Shown here one piece after another: positions 1-8,517 of a DNA stretch of 64,000 bases. Position numbers and translations under genes: made by a program. This stretch comes from a virus (taxonomy: Duplodnaviria > Caudoviricetes): the IMG/VR virus record IMGVR_UViG_3300029288_000081, positions 1-64,000 of that record; one strand, written 5' to 3'. Within the stretch, counting starts at the first letter, position 1; the number at the start of each line of letters is the position of its first letter. Below the pieces are notes generated by a model that was given only the letters and a program-made list of their open reading frames with translations, searched no databases and had not been told where the DNA came from.

Positions 1-24
1 TTCGAGCGCTCGCGGGAGCGGCAG

Positions 25-471
25 GTGGCGCAGATCCCCGCTGCCGCCCGCGCGCAGGTCTACATCTGCGCTGCGTGTCGCAAGGGCGCGCCGCTCGAAC
101 AGATGGAGATGGTCAACCCGCACAACACCTTCGGGATGTGCAAGGGCTGCTTCGCCTTCGTCTGGAAGGCCGGCGAGGAGAAGGTCAAGTACCTCGCCAA
201 GAAGGCGCAAGAGGCTCAGCGCGCTCGCGGACCGGCTCCGGCCCCCGAACCGCAGGCGCGGCCGCCGTGGGTCATTCTCGGGATCGACAAGGACGCCTCG
301 CTCGAAGACATCAAGAAGGCGTGGCGCGCCCTGGCAGCGAAGTACCACCCCGACATGGTGCCCCCTGGCGCCCCGGACGGCGAGAAGGAGGCCGCTCGGG
401 CGAAGTTCGAGGAGGTCACGCGGGCTCGCGACGTGATGGTCAAGCTCCGGCAGCCGGCAACGGCGGTGTGA
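25..471 (+). CDS. Zn-ribbon + C-terminal DnaJ (J-domain) protein
   Basis: CAAC...CKGC then [27 protein letters not shown]...FEEVTRA (HPD motif). Confidence 0.85.
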   Translation: MAQIPAAARAQVYICAACRKGAPLEQMEMVNPHNTFGMCKGCFAFVWKAGEEKVKYLAKKAQEAQRARGPAPAPEPQARPPWVILGIDKDASLEDIKKAWRALAAKYHPDMVPPGAPDGEKEAARAKFEEVTRARDVMVKLRQPATAV

Positions 472-472
472 C

Positions 473-862
473 ATGGCGGCTCTCGTCCTCGAACCGCGCC
501 GGCACGACGTGCCCTCGGGGGCCGTTCCGGAGTATCGCAAGTTCGTTCGGCACCTCTGGGCTTGGCGTGCTGAGGACGGCCGACCATGTGTGACCGAGCC
601 GCCGTGGATGTACTCGATGCTCGTCCACGACCCGGCTGAGGTGTCGGTCACCTCGGCCATCCTGGGGACGCTGTATCAGATCGACACGATCGAAGGCCGC
701 TTCGAGATCATCATGATGGATGACGGCGCGGAGTTCTCCTTCTCTGATCTTGCAGCGCTGCACGCGTTCTTGCGCGCCGCCGCAGCACTCGGAGCGACGA
801 ACGAAACGGCGCGGCACGTCTGCGAGTGCATCATGTGGAGCGTGGGGTTCAGGTGGGTGTGA
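473..862 (+). CDS. hypothetical protein
   Basis: 129-aa ORF with normal composition, directly follows the J-domain gene. Confidence 0.7.
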   Translation: MAALVLEPRRHDVPSGAVPEYRKFVRHLWAWRAEDGRPCVTEPPWMYSMLVHDPAEVSVTSAILGTLYQIDTIEGRFEIIMMDDGAEFSFSDLAALHAFLRAAAALGATNETARHVCECIMWSVGFRWV

Positions 863-917
863 TGCGGACCAGCCCGCTCGCTGGATGCCCTTCTCGTTGT
901 TAGGTAAGATCGTCCGC

Positions 918-1352
918 ATGCATACGGTCAAAGCGGTCGCGAGGAACCCCATGAAGAGCGTCACCTGGGGCACTCTCCCCGAGTTCCCCGAGTTCAAGAA
1001 GCACGTCGAGGCCATGGTCGATGACGATGGTGACCCGGTCGTGGGCCCGGACGGTGGCGACGTCTACCACATGGAGCTGGTCGGGCGGGACAAGGAGTCT
1101 GCCAAGGCCGCGCTCAAGACGCTCCTCGCAACGGGCACGCGAGTCAAGTTCGACCAGTTCGAGGGTCGACACGGGAAGTTCGGGCTTCGGTTCCTCGACC
1201 TCGTCTCGCTCCACAAGTTCATCCTCGCGCTCCTGACCGTTCAGGAGATGCAGGACGACGAGGGTGGTGAGATGGAAGGTGGCGATCGCGGCGAGGGCCC
1301 CGGAGACCTGGCGTCGGGCATCATGGGACAGCTCGGCTACGAGTGGGTCTGA
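918..1352 (+). CDS. hypothetical protein (N-terminal VARN motif)
   Basis: TAAGAT -10 box 7 nt before ATG 918; GC3-biased ORF. Confidence 0.7.
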   Translation: MHTVKAVARNPMKSVTWGTLPEFPEFKKHVEAMVDDDGDPVVGPDGGDVYHMELVGRDKESAKAALKTLLATGTRVKFDQFEGRHGKFGLRFLDLVSLHKFILALLTVQEMQDDEGGEMEGGDRGEGPGDLASGIMGQLGYEWV

Positions 1353-1359
1353 GGGCGCC

Positions 1360-3033
1360 GTGGCTCAGCGCGACCTCACGCCGAATGACCCGCGAAAGCG
1401 CTTCGAGTGGGTCATCAAGACCTACTGGAGCAAGGACGTCGTAGACCGGCAACCGATGAGCAGCAGGAAGCGCGAGTCGCTCGACGCTGTGGTGCTCGAC
1501 ACGTTCTACGTGACGACATCGCTGGTGGGAGCGCACGACCTGAGTGGCACCGCGGCTTTCAGCATCAATCGGCACGAACTCGGGAGCCCGTACATCGAGC
1601 AGCACGCAGAGGAGATCTTCGTCGAGCGAATCCAGAAGCGGCTGGATATCGACGAGCGCCCGCGCAACTCAACAGAGGCGCTCAAGGCGGCGAAGGCGGC
1701 GAAGGACGTGCTTGCGCGTCTTGGCCAGCCGTACCAGTACGACGCCGAAGGGTTCATCAACTGGGATAGCGAGCAGTGGGGGCTCGCGGAGCTTGTGCTT
1801 CAGGTCGTCAAGTTGCCCGAGCACAACCCCCGCGACTTCCTCATCCCGTGGATCGGTCGGGAGCTGGCCAAGCTCGCCAAGGAGGTCTTCAAGGGGGCAC
1901 GCCGGCCCGCGTCGGCCGGTGCGCTGAGCCTAACGGAGGGGCTTCAGAGCGGTGTGACGGCGTCGGACTACTGGGACGCGGTCCGCGCGCTCTACGATAA
2001 GGCCCCGGCGATCGCCCAGTGGGCCAAGGAGACGCGTGCCGACGTCGGCAAGGTCGATCTCGCGCAGGCGCTCGAAGCGATCGCCACCTACGAGTTCAAG
2101 GAGAGCCTCGTCGAGCAGGGGGCCGTCGTCTACACCTTCGCCGACGACTGGACCGTGCAGGAGCTGCGCACTCCGACGGCTCTCCTCCAGGAGGGCGACC
2201 AGATGCAGAACTGCGTCGGGGGCTACGACGAGGACGTCGCGAGCGGCCTGGTGCGCATCTACTCCATCCGCGACAAGAGCGGCAGCCCGCATGTCTCGAT
2301 GGAACTGCGCGCACGCGCGTCAGGAATGGCAACGCGTGATGCGGTCCGGGGGATCGCCCACGGAGCGGTGGACGACATGACGCCGGAGGAGTTCATCGCT
2401 TCACCGTCGCATCTGCGGTGGCACTTCGAGCAGATCCTCGGCAAGCAGAACGACATGCCGGTCGAGGCCTACCGCGCACGGGCGCGCGAGTTCATCGACA
2501 AGGTCTTCGACAAGGAAGGCTTGGGCTGGTGCATCGCCGGAGGGGCTGCGAAGGAGGGCCGCTTCGCCGGGCGACAGCTCAACGACATCAACGTCACAGA
2601 GATCATCAACGTCAACGGTCTCGGCGACGGCTTCCTAGGCGGAGCCGACTTCACCGACTGCAACCTGACCGGAGCCCACTTCCGACACGTCAACCTGGGC
2701 CACGTACGCTTCAGCAAAGCGCGTCTCTCGGAGGCCGACTTCAGCTCCGCGACTCTCACCGGTGCTCAGCTTGACGGCGCAGCCTGCATCTTCACCAACT
2801 TTGCTGGCGCGAACCTCTCGGGTGCGAACTTCGAGAACGCGAACGTCGGCGGCGCCGGTTTCGTGGACGCAGATCTGGACAAGGCGAACTTCCGGAACGC
2901 CAAGGCCGACGGCGCCACGTTCACCAGGGTCAAGAGCGCACGGACGGCGAACTGGGAGGGCGTGGAGCTGACGCCGTTCCAGGACGAAGCGATGCTCGGT
3001 GGCCGCTTCGACATCAGGAGACGAGCGCCGTGA
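1360..3033 (+). CDS. PcfJ-like domain + C-terminal pentapeptide-repeat protein
   Basis: LLQEGDQMQNCVGGY...IYSIRDKSGSPHVSME (PcfJ-like); A(D/N)Lxx repeats GADFTDCNLTGAHF...ANLSGANF. Confidence 0.8.
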   Translation: MAQRDLTPNDPRKRFEWVIKTYWSKDVVDRQPMSSRKRESLDAVVLDTFYVTTSLVGAHDLSGTAAFSINRHELGSPYIEQHAEEIFVERIQKRLDIDERPRNSTEALKAAKAAKDVLARLGQPYQYDAEGFINWDSEQWGLAELVLQVVKLPEHNPRDFLIPWIGRELAKLAKEVFKGARRPASAGALSLTEGLQSGVTASDYWDAVRALYDKAPAIAQWAKETRADVGKVDLAQALEAIATYEFKESLVEQGAVVYTFADDWTVQELRTPTALLQEGDQMQNCVGGYDEDVASGLVRIYSIRDKSGSPHVSMELRARASGMATRDAVRGIAHGAVDDMTPEEFIASPSHLRWHFEQILGKQNDMPVEAYRARAREFIDKVFDKEGLGWCIAGGAAKEGRFAGRQLNDINVTEIINVNGLGDGFLGGADFTDCNLTGAHFRHVNLGHVRFSKARLSEADFSSATLTGAQLDGAACIFTNFAGANLSGANFENANVGGAGFVDADLDKANFRNAKADGATFTRVKSARTANWEGVELTPFQDEAMLGGRFDIRRRAP

Positions 3034-3103
3034 GAGCAGATCGCCGATCTTTTCGCTGCCGCTGAGGTTGCACCGGGCCCCTTCGTGGGCGACCATTCGA
3101 GCC

Positions 3104-3781
3104 ATGTCCTACGCCTGCATCGATCGCGACGAGGTCGCCCGTCGGGGCCTCTGTGAGGGTGCTGCCACGCAGCCGCTGATCATCCGAGAGGTGCTGGTGC
3201 GGCCCGTTCGCGAGCTGGCCTTCAACAGCGTCACCCTGCCCCCAGCGACCGGCTTCCGGCACGCCCCGATGCGCATCTCCCGTCCTCGCGGCCGAGGTCG
3301 CCCCAGGCAGGCCCTGGGACGTGCATCCTACGCGCCGCCCGTGCCGCCCTCTATCTCGGGGCGCCGGATGGCTCCTCCGGCCGCTCAGGGCTGCCAGGGC
3401 CCGTCCACCGCCTACACGTCGCGCCCGGCGGCTCCCGTCACCCCCGGAGCCATCTACGACGCGTCCCCGCCGACGTACACGGCAACTCCGGCGCGTCAGC
3501 AGTTCCAGACGGTCATCGGGCCCTCCATGACCTACGCATCGCGCCAGGCCGCCGCGGAGCCCGCGCAGACCGCCTACCGGCCGTCGGCGCGCTACCCGGA
3601 GGCTCCCGAGGCGCCGATGTCGCGAAGGCCCTTCCGGGCGCCGGTGAGCGGCCTCGGGCAGGCCGCGGATGTCTCGCCGCGGTGGAAGTGGGCGACGTTC
3701 GGGCTCGTGGGGCTCGTCGTGGCGCAGTTCTTCTGGTGGGACGCTCGCGCTCCGCAGGTTCTGCGTGGCGGTGGCTACTAG
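3104..3781 (+). CDS. Pro/Ala-rich protein with GLGQ motif and C-terminal TM helix
   Basis: Starts MSYA; VSGLGQ followed by WATFGLVGLVVAQFFWW; TTGCAC-N17-GACCAT upstream. Confidence 0.65.
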   Translation: MSYACIDRDEVARRGLCEGAATQPLIIREVLVRPVRELAFNSVTLPPATGFRHAPMRISRPRGRGRPRQALGRASYAPPVPPSISGRRMAPPAAQGCQGPSTAYTSRPAAPVTPGAIYDASPPTYTATPARQQFQTVIGPSMTYASRQAAAEPAQTAYRPSARYPEAPEAPMSRRPFRAPVSGLGQAADVSPRWKWATFGLVGLVVAQFFWWDARAPQVLRGGGY

Positions 3782-3784
3782 GCG

Positions 3785-5224
3785 ATGACCTGGACCCCCG
3801 ACCAGCTCGCGTTCGTGCGCTCGTGGACCGAGGCCCTCCTCGCGTTCGGTAAGGACGCGTTCGTGCGGGGCACGGTCACGGACGTTGTGGCCTGGGAGGG
3901 TCAGTCGACGCCGAGGTACAGCTCCTTCCACTTCGCCTTCGTGGGCGATGCCGTCAAGCTCGCGACGACATTCGGCTACACGGTCACCGGCGACGAGACC
4001 GACGAGCAGATCAACTCCGGGGCGCGTACCGGACCGATCGCCTCGGCTGCACGCCGGCACCTGCGCGCCAAGCGCATGTCGGAGGACCTGGGTCATGATC
4101 AGATCGTCCTGGCGGACTTCATGGACCGCCTCACGGGCCAGGCCATCGGCGAGTTCTCCCGGGATGAGATGCCGTTCACCGAGGCGTACGGCGCTTGGAT
4201 CTTGAACCCGGGCTACCCCTGGCCAGAGGACGACGCCCAGCCCTTCTCCTACTGGTCGGCGAAGAAGAAGGCGATCATCTCGCCCGAGCGCCCCGGCTGG
4301 CTCATCCGGGTGGAGGACGACTCGAACGGGGAGAACAAGACGGTGCTCGGCGTGAACCCGTGCATGGTCTTCCCCGCCGAGCCGCAGACGCAGGAGTGGC
4401 CGCTCTGGGCACGCGCCAAGACCGTCGACATCATCGTCGCGCACTCGATGACGCTTCCCGCTGACCTGGCTCATGGCTCTCACCTGCCCGCGTCGTACCG
4501 GTACAAGGAGCTGACGCAGGCCATCGAGGGGGTTCGCTCCTGCGGCGGCCTGCTCTTCCCGTCGCTCTCCTACGGTCCGATGCCCGCGTCGAACTTCGGG
4601 CCGCTCACGCTCGTCGGGCACATGGGGCTCGTGCTCGACGGGCTCAAGCCGTACAAGAAGCGCGGCGTCGATCCTGCCGCGTGGGTGTACGAGCACGACG
4701 CCTGGACGATCAAGACCCGCGAGCTGATGACCGGCGTGGCCCAGCGCATCTTCGGCGAGATGCACGGGCACGAGGACTACATCTACGGGCACAACCTCTG
4801 GACGCTTGGGCCACCGGCAGAGCTGTTCGGTGGACCGTCGCAGGGAAGCCGCCCGATCAAGACGGTGGCCCAGCTCATCGCGGTGGCGAAGCGGCGCGGG
4901 AACATCTTCAACCGCTCGATGACCGAGGCGGAGTTCGCGGTGGTGAACGAGCGGGTGTCCGGCACGGTCGACAAGTACGCCTACGGCGAGGCCAAGGGGC
5001 GCAGGGTCATCTCGCTGGACGAGTTCCCGCTCTTCATCGGCCCCGAGCACCAGCGCAGGCAGATGGAGATGTTCGCGAAGGGTGTCGGGTACCGGGGGAA
5101 GATCGTGACCCTCGACGACCCGCTCGGGGTCTCGGAAGACGCGTCGGACTACGTGCTGTACCAGTGGTCGCTCCTCGTCGCCGACGCCATCAAGAAGCTC
5201 GCGCCGCCGATGGAGCTACGTTGA
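3785..5224 (+). CDS. hypothetical protein
   Basis: 479-aa ORF with strong GC3 bias; family not recognised. Confidence 0.75.
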   Translation: MTWTPDQLAFVRSWTEALLAFGKDAFVRGTVTDVVAWEGQSTPRYSSFHFAFVGDAVKLATTFGYTVTGDETDEQINSGARTGPIASAARRHLRAKRMSEDLGHDQIVLADFMDRLTGQAIGEFSRDEMPFTEAYGAWILNPGYPWPEDDAQPFSYWSAKKKAIISPERPGWLIRVEDDSNGENKTVLGVNPCMVFPAEPQTQEWPLWARAKTVDIIVAHSMTLPADLAHGSHLPASYRYKELTQAIEGVRSCGGLLFPSLSYGPMPASNFGPLTLVGHMGLVLDGLKPYKKRGVDPAAWVYEHDAWTIKTRELMTGVAQRIFGEMHGHEDYIYGHNLWTLGPPAELFGGPSQGSRPIKTVAQLIAVAKRRGNIFNRSMTEAEFAVVNERVSGTVDKYAYGEAKGRRVISLDEFPLFIGPEHQRRQMEMFAKGVGYRGKIVTLDDPLGVSEDASDYVLYQWSLLVADAIKKLAPPMELR

Positions 5225-5248
5225 CTGTCTGACACGTGTGGCTACGGT
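5221..5248 (+). promoter_or_regulatory. sigma70-like promoter containing TGTCTGACA
   Basis: TTGACT-N16-TACGGT, palindrome at 5226-5234, GTG start 6 nt downstream. Confidence 0.6.
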
Positions 5249-5254
5249 CGTCGG

Positions 5255-5710
5255 GTGCGTCCCTCGAAGCAGATCGAAACCTTGCGGCGTCTCGGCGTCT
5301 TCAAGAAGCGCGGATGGACGCAGGACGGTGTCGTGTATCGTGTGCGTCGCGGCAAGGTCTGTGTCATCGCGGCAGCCTCGGTCCACCGGAGGTCCGGCAA
5401 TCGCAGGCGAGTAGATGGAACCGGTCGGGATGGACGCATGGACTGGGAGCGTCAGAGGCGTGTGTTGAAGCAGGGGTTCCTTCGCCATGGTCCAGGTAGG
5501 TGGCGGGGGCAGCTTGCGCGTGAGCGCGCCGATCGATGGGATCTGTCGGCGGCTATGGATGAGTGGCTCTACACGTGGGAAACTTGGGCGATGGAGCACG
5601 ACCACTACGACGACGAGTGGGACGATTGGGACGAGACCCGGGACTGCTCTTGGACGGATCTGGGATGGTCGGTGACGTTTGTTGACCTCATGCCGATGTG
5701 GTTGCGCTGA
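5255..5710 (+). CDS. hypothetical protein, basic N-half and Trp/Asp-rich C-half (ETLRRLG motif)
   Basis: ORF directly after promoter; overlaps next start (TGATG). Confidence 0.55.
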   Translation: MRPSKQIETLRRLGVFKKRGWTQDGVVYRVRRGKVCVIAAASVHRRSGNRRRVDGTGRDGRMDWERQRRVLKQGFLRHGPGRWRGQLARERADRWDLSAAMDEWLYTWETWAMEHDHYDDEWDDWDETRDCSWTDLGWSVTFVDLMPMWLR

Positions 5711-6120
5711 TGTCGCGGATTCCACCGCAGATCTCCGAGGCTCTCCCGAAGCTCGTCGAGCTGGCGCAGAAGACGTACGACGAGTGGGATCAGGACGAAG
5801 AGGGCGTCGATGACGAGTTGGGCGTTGGCGGCATCTGCCATCTCATCGCAGAAGAGATCGTCGATGAGCTGAGCGGCCGCGGCCTCGACGCGACGACGGT
5901 CAACGCTCAGGTCGGCGAAAACCACGTGTGGGCTGTGGTCCGGATCGACAGCGGCAAGAACGCAGGCGTCTGGTCGATCGACATCCCGCCGGGAGTGTAC
6001 GAACGTGGCAGCGGTTACGCGTGGAAGAAGCTGCCAGACGTCTCCTTCGAGGTCGACGACATCAACGTCGAACACGAAAGCGCTGACCCGGCCGACTTCG
6101 ACAGATTCATGGAGGACTAG
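5710..6120 (+). CDS. hypothetical acidic protein
   Basis: GGICHLIAE...ENHVW segment; overlapping start. Confidence 0.7.
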   Translation: MSRIPPQISEALPKLVELAQKTYDEWDQDEEGVDDELGVGGICHLIAEEIVDELSGRGLDATTVNAQVGENHVWAVVRIDSGKNAGVWSIDIPPGVYERGSGYAWKKLPDVSFEVDDINVEHESADPADFDRFMED

Positions 6121-6467
6121 CGGTCGGCGCGCTCCAGCTTGCGACGGTCCACGAGATCGATGTCTGCCGCGCAGGAGACGCAGATGTTGAGCCGTACGCC
6201 GCAAGGACGACAGACGCGGTCCGTCTGGGTCGAGGAGTAGCACTGGTCGACCCCGCACGACTCGCACGGCTTGTTCGTGATCGCCTGGCCTCCGATACGC
6301 GACGAGCGTGCGTAGAAGCACCATCGGCACTCGTGCCGCTCCATCCGCTTGGCGCGGTCGAGGTCGGCGAAGGCGCGCTCCGCGTTCGCGATCCACTTGG
6401 CGAGCGCCTGTCGGTTGAACCGCGTCGCGTTCTTCACGTCCTCGATCGTCAGCTTCGGTTGCGCCAC
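6117..6467 (-). CDS. Cys-rich Zn-finger protein
   Basis: four CxxC pairs. Confidence 0.7.
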   Translation of the reverse strand: MAQPKLTIEDVKNATRFNRQALAKWIANAERAFADLDRAKRMERHECRWCFYARSSRIGGQAITNKPCESCGVDQCYSSTQTDRVCRPCGVRLNICVSCAADIDLVDRRKLERADR

Positions 6468-6468
6468 C

Positions 6469-6861
6469 TCAGTACCCGTCCTTGAACCAGCCAGAGCCCT
6501 TCAGGACGAAGCTGGTCGAGCCGGAGATCAGCCGGCGCACGGAGCCGCCGCAGGTCGGCGTGAACGCGGGCGTGTACTCGACGCAGTGGCATCGAGCGCA
6601 GCCGCCAAAGCCGCGCGGAGCGTCGCTGTAGTGCCGGTGCGGAGTCGGATCGTCTCCCTGGCACACGCAGCGGTCCGGGTGCTCGAAGAACGGTCGATAG
6701 TTCCACGAGATGGCCCCGCCGGCCCCGTTGAACGTGTCGAAGCGTTCGACTCGCGTTCGCGCGTCGGGGAGCGGGCAGGCAGCGAGCGGCGCCTCGGAGA
6801 TCTTCCGCTCGACCTCGAACGTCCTCTTGCACTTCTCGCACTCGTACTCGTAGACCGGCAT
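6469..6861 (-). CDS. FmdB-family Zn-ribbon protein with internal insertion
   Basis: MPVYEYECEKC...FEV...CP [insert] CGG..RRLIS...FVLKGSGWF. Confidence 0.8.
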   Translation of the reverse strand: MPVYEYECEKCKRTFEVERKISEAPLAACPLPDARTRVERFDTFNGAGGAISWNYRPFFEHPDRCVCQGDDPTPHRHYSDAPRGFGGCARCHCVEYTPAFTPTCGGSVRRLISGSTSFVLKGSGWFKDGY

Positions 6862-7199
6862 CAGGAATCCGCCCAGGCCGACCACACGGCCTTCTCGAAG
6901 CTCTTGATGCGACCCTCGGCAGCATCGCCTCCGGTCCCACGACTCCTCATCATCGTGACCGTGCCACCAACGAAAGCCTCCACCTCTTCACGACTCTCCA
7001 GCACGAGGACTTGCGGCGACTTGCCCGCTGGCCACGCCTGCTGGGTGAAGGCCATGCCCTGATCGGTCCGCTGATACCACTGAGCGATGTCGCATCCGCA
7101 ATCGCAGACCCACATCACCACCTTGCGGACGCCGGTGTGCGTGCTCGTGGCGTCGAGGAGGTTCGCAAGCATGTCCTCTCGCTTGTACCGGTGCATCAT
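6861..7199 (-). CDS. hypothetical protein
   Basis: MMHRYKRED..., chained overlaps with neighbours. Confidence 0.6.
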   Translation of the reverse strand: MMHRYKREDMLANLLDATSTHTGVRKVVMWVCDCGCDIAQWYQRTDQGMAFTQQAWPAGKSPQVLVLESREEVEAFVGGTVTMMRSRGTGGDAAEGRIKSFEKAVWSAWADS

Positions 7200-7468
7200 C
7201 AGACGCTCACTCCTGCGCGCTTGGCCGCCCGGCGCACGCGCTTGCGCTCGAACGGGGCGATCTCTTTCGCGTTCTCCGGGCTGAACGAGAAGAACTTCCC
7301 GCTGTTGCGGCAGACGCGCCTCGCGTGCATGAACTCTCCGAAGCCGAAGCCCGGCTCGATGTCGCTCATGACGTGCCCGCAGCGCCTGCACACCGCCTGA
7401 CGGTTCATCTCGGCAGCGCGGATCGTACGCGTCAGCCCGTTCATCTTCGCCATCTTGTAGCTGGTCAT
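7199..7468 (-). CDS. small basic Zn-binding protein
   Basis: CRRC...H...C; chained overlaps. Confidence 0.55.
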   Translation of the reverse strand: MTSYKMAKMNGLTRTIRAAEMNRQAVCRRCGHVMSDIEPGFGFGEFMHARRVCRNSGKFFSFSPENAKEIAPFERKRVRRAAKRAGVSV

Positions 7469-7719
7469 GCTCCCTCGGGATCCGTCAGCCGCTTCAGCGC
7501 ACGCGGTCCGCGCGGCGTCTCGATGCGCAGGCAGTCGACTCGGAACCACCTGTCGATGCCCAACTTCTCGTTGATGACGCGAGCATGGTCCCCCGCTGCA
7601 ACGGCCACGACGCACCAGACCCCCACCACCTTGCCATCATGAACGTGAGGCGCGACCACCCGCTGACCGTCGTGGACGTAGCGCGGCGAGTCCCACTTCT
7701 CGTTGATGGCAAGGGTCAT
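7465..7719 (-). CDS. hypothetical protein (C-terminal RALKRL)
   Basis: ATGA overlaps on both sides. Confidence 0.6.
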   Translation of the reverse strand: MTLAINEKWDSPRYVHDGQRVVAPHVHDGKVVGVWCVVAVAAGDHARVINEKLGIDRWFRVDCLRIETPRGPRALKRLTDPEGA

Positions 7720-8114
7720 CGCGAGACCATCCAGAGCACGTGCCGCACGAACGCGCGCGGCGGGCGCACCGCATGCTCGCGGATGTAGTGAGCGAAGCCC
7801 TCGGGCCACACGTACCGACCGTCGGAGAAGTCGGCGGTCCCGTTGTCCTTGCCGCAGATGCGACAGGTCGAGTAGCCCATGTAGCCGGTCGAGCGGAAGC
7901 GCTGGTCGCTGATGTAGGCGAGCACGCGGGCGCGCTCCTTCGGATCCCACTTCGGGTCGACGCAGTCGCGGACGCTGGGCAGGTGCGCTTCCAGAGCGTT
8001 GTTGACGACGATCGCAGCGATGCGCCCGAGCAGGCCAACGCTCTCGAAGGGAAGCCCCGTGGCCTGCCCCTCGGTCTTCCAGAAGCCGACGGGAGTAGGA
8101 TCGATGATCGTCAC
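7716..8114 (-). CDS. hypothetical Zn-binding protein
   Basis: YMGYSTCRICG..NG...VWPEGFAHYI.EH pattern. Confidence 0.75.
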   Translation of the reverse strand: MTIIDPTPVGFWKTEGQATGLPFESVGLLGRIAAIVVNNALEAHLPSVRDCVDPKWDPKERARVLAYISDQRFRSTGYMGYSTCRICGKDNGTADFSDGRYVWPEGFAHYIREHAVRPPRAFVRHVLWMVSR

Positions 8115-8431
8115 GCCTTCTCCGTGGCCTTTCGGACCTTGCTCGCCTCGGCGTCGGCCTGAGCGATCAGCTTGCGGTCGAACGCACTCAGCTCGCCGGC
8201 TCCGCTCACAGAGTAGCCGATGAGCTGGATGAACTGGGTGTAGTCTTCCTTCGAGAAGCCGCCTTTCTGGTTCATACGGATGACGATCTGGTTCATGCCG
8301 ATCGCGCCCTCGTCAAGCAAGGCGCGAACGATGGCGTTCTTCTTGAACCGGACGGTCCCGCTCTCGTCGAAGCCGATGGGCTGCATCGGGTGCGCGAGCT
8401 TCGAGAGCTGCGGCTGCTTCCTCTTGGTCAT
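8111..8431 (-). CDS. hypothetical phage-type protein
   Basis: HPMQPI...RFKKNAIVRALLD...QLIGYSVSG; promoter immediately upstream. Confidence 0.75.
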   Translation of the reverse strand: MTKRKQPQLSKLAHPMQPIGFDESGTVRFKKNAIVRALLDEGAIGMNQIVIRMNQKGGFSKEDYTQFIQLIGYSVSGAGELSAFDRKLIAQADAEASKVRKATEKA

Positions 8432-8437
8432 GCGTCG

Positions 8438-8466
8438 AAAGTAACGTCTGTCAGACATGAGGTCAA
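8438..8466 (-). promoter_or_regulatory. sigma70-like promoter with TGTCTGACA in the spacer
   Basis: minus strand TTGACC-N17-TACTTT-6 nt-ATG; palindrome 8449-8457. Confidence 0.7.
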
Positions 8467-8517
8467 GGTCGAACGTGTCGGGTGGGCTGCAAGGCGCCCG
8501 GCGTGTAGAATCGGGCC

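Noticed and set aside
2640-2970. Tandem DNA repeat
   Set aside because: Explained by pentapeptide repeats at the protein level.
3014-5050. Long antisense and alternate-frame ORFs (also 9913-11505, 31330-32733, 33831-36110, 45758-47263)
   Set aside because: Shadow ORFs caused by high GC3 in the real genes; Arg/Gly/His-rich with no motifs.
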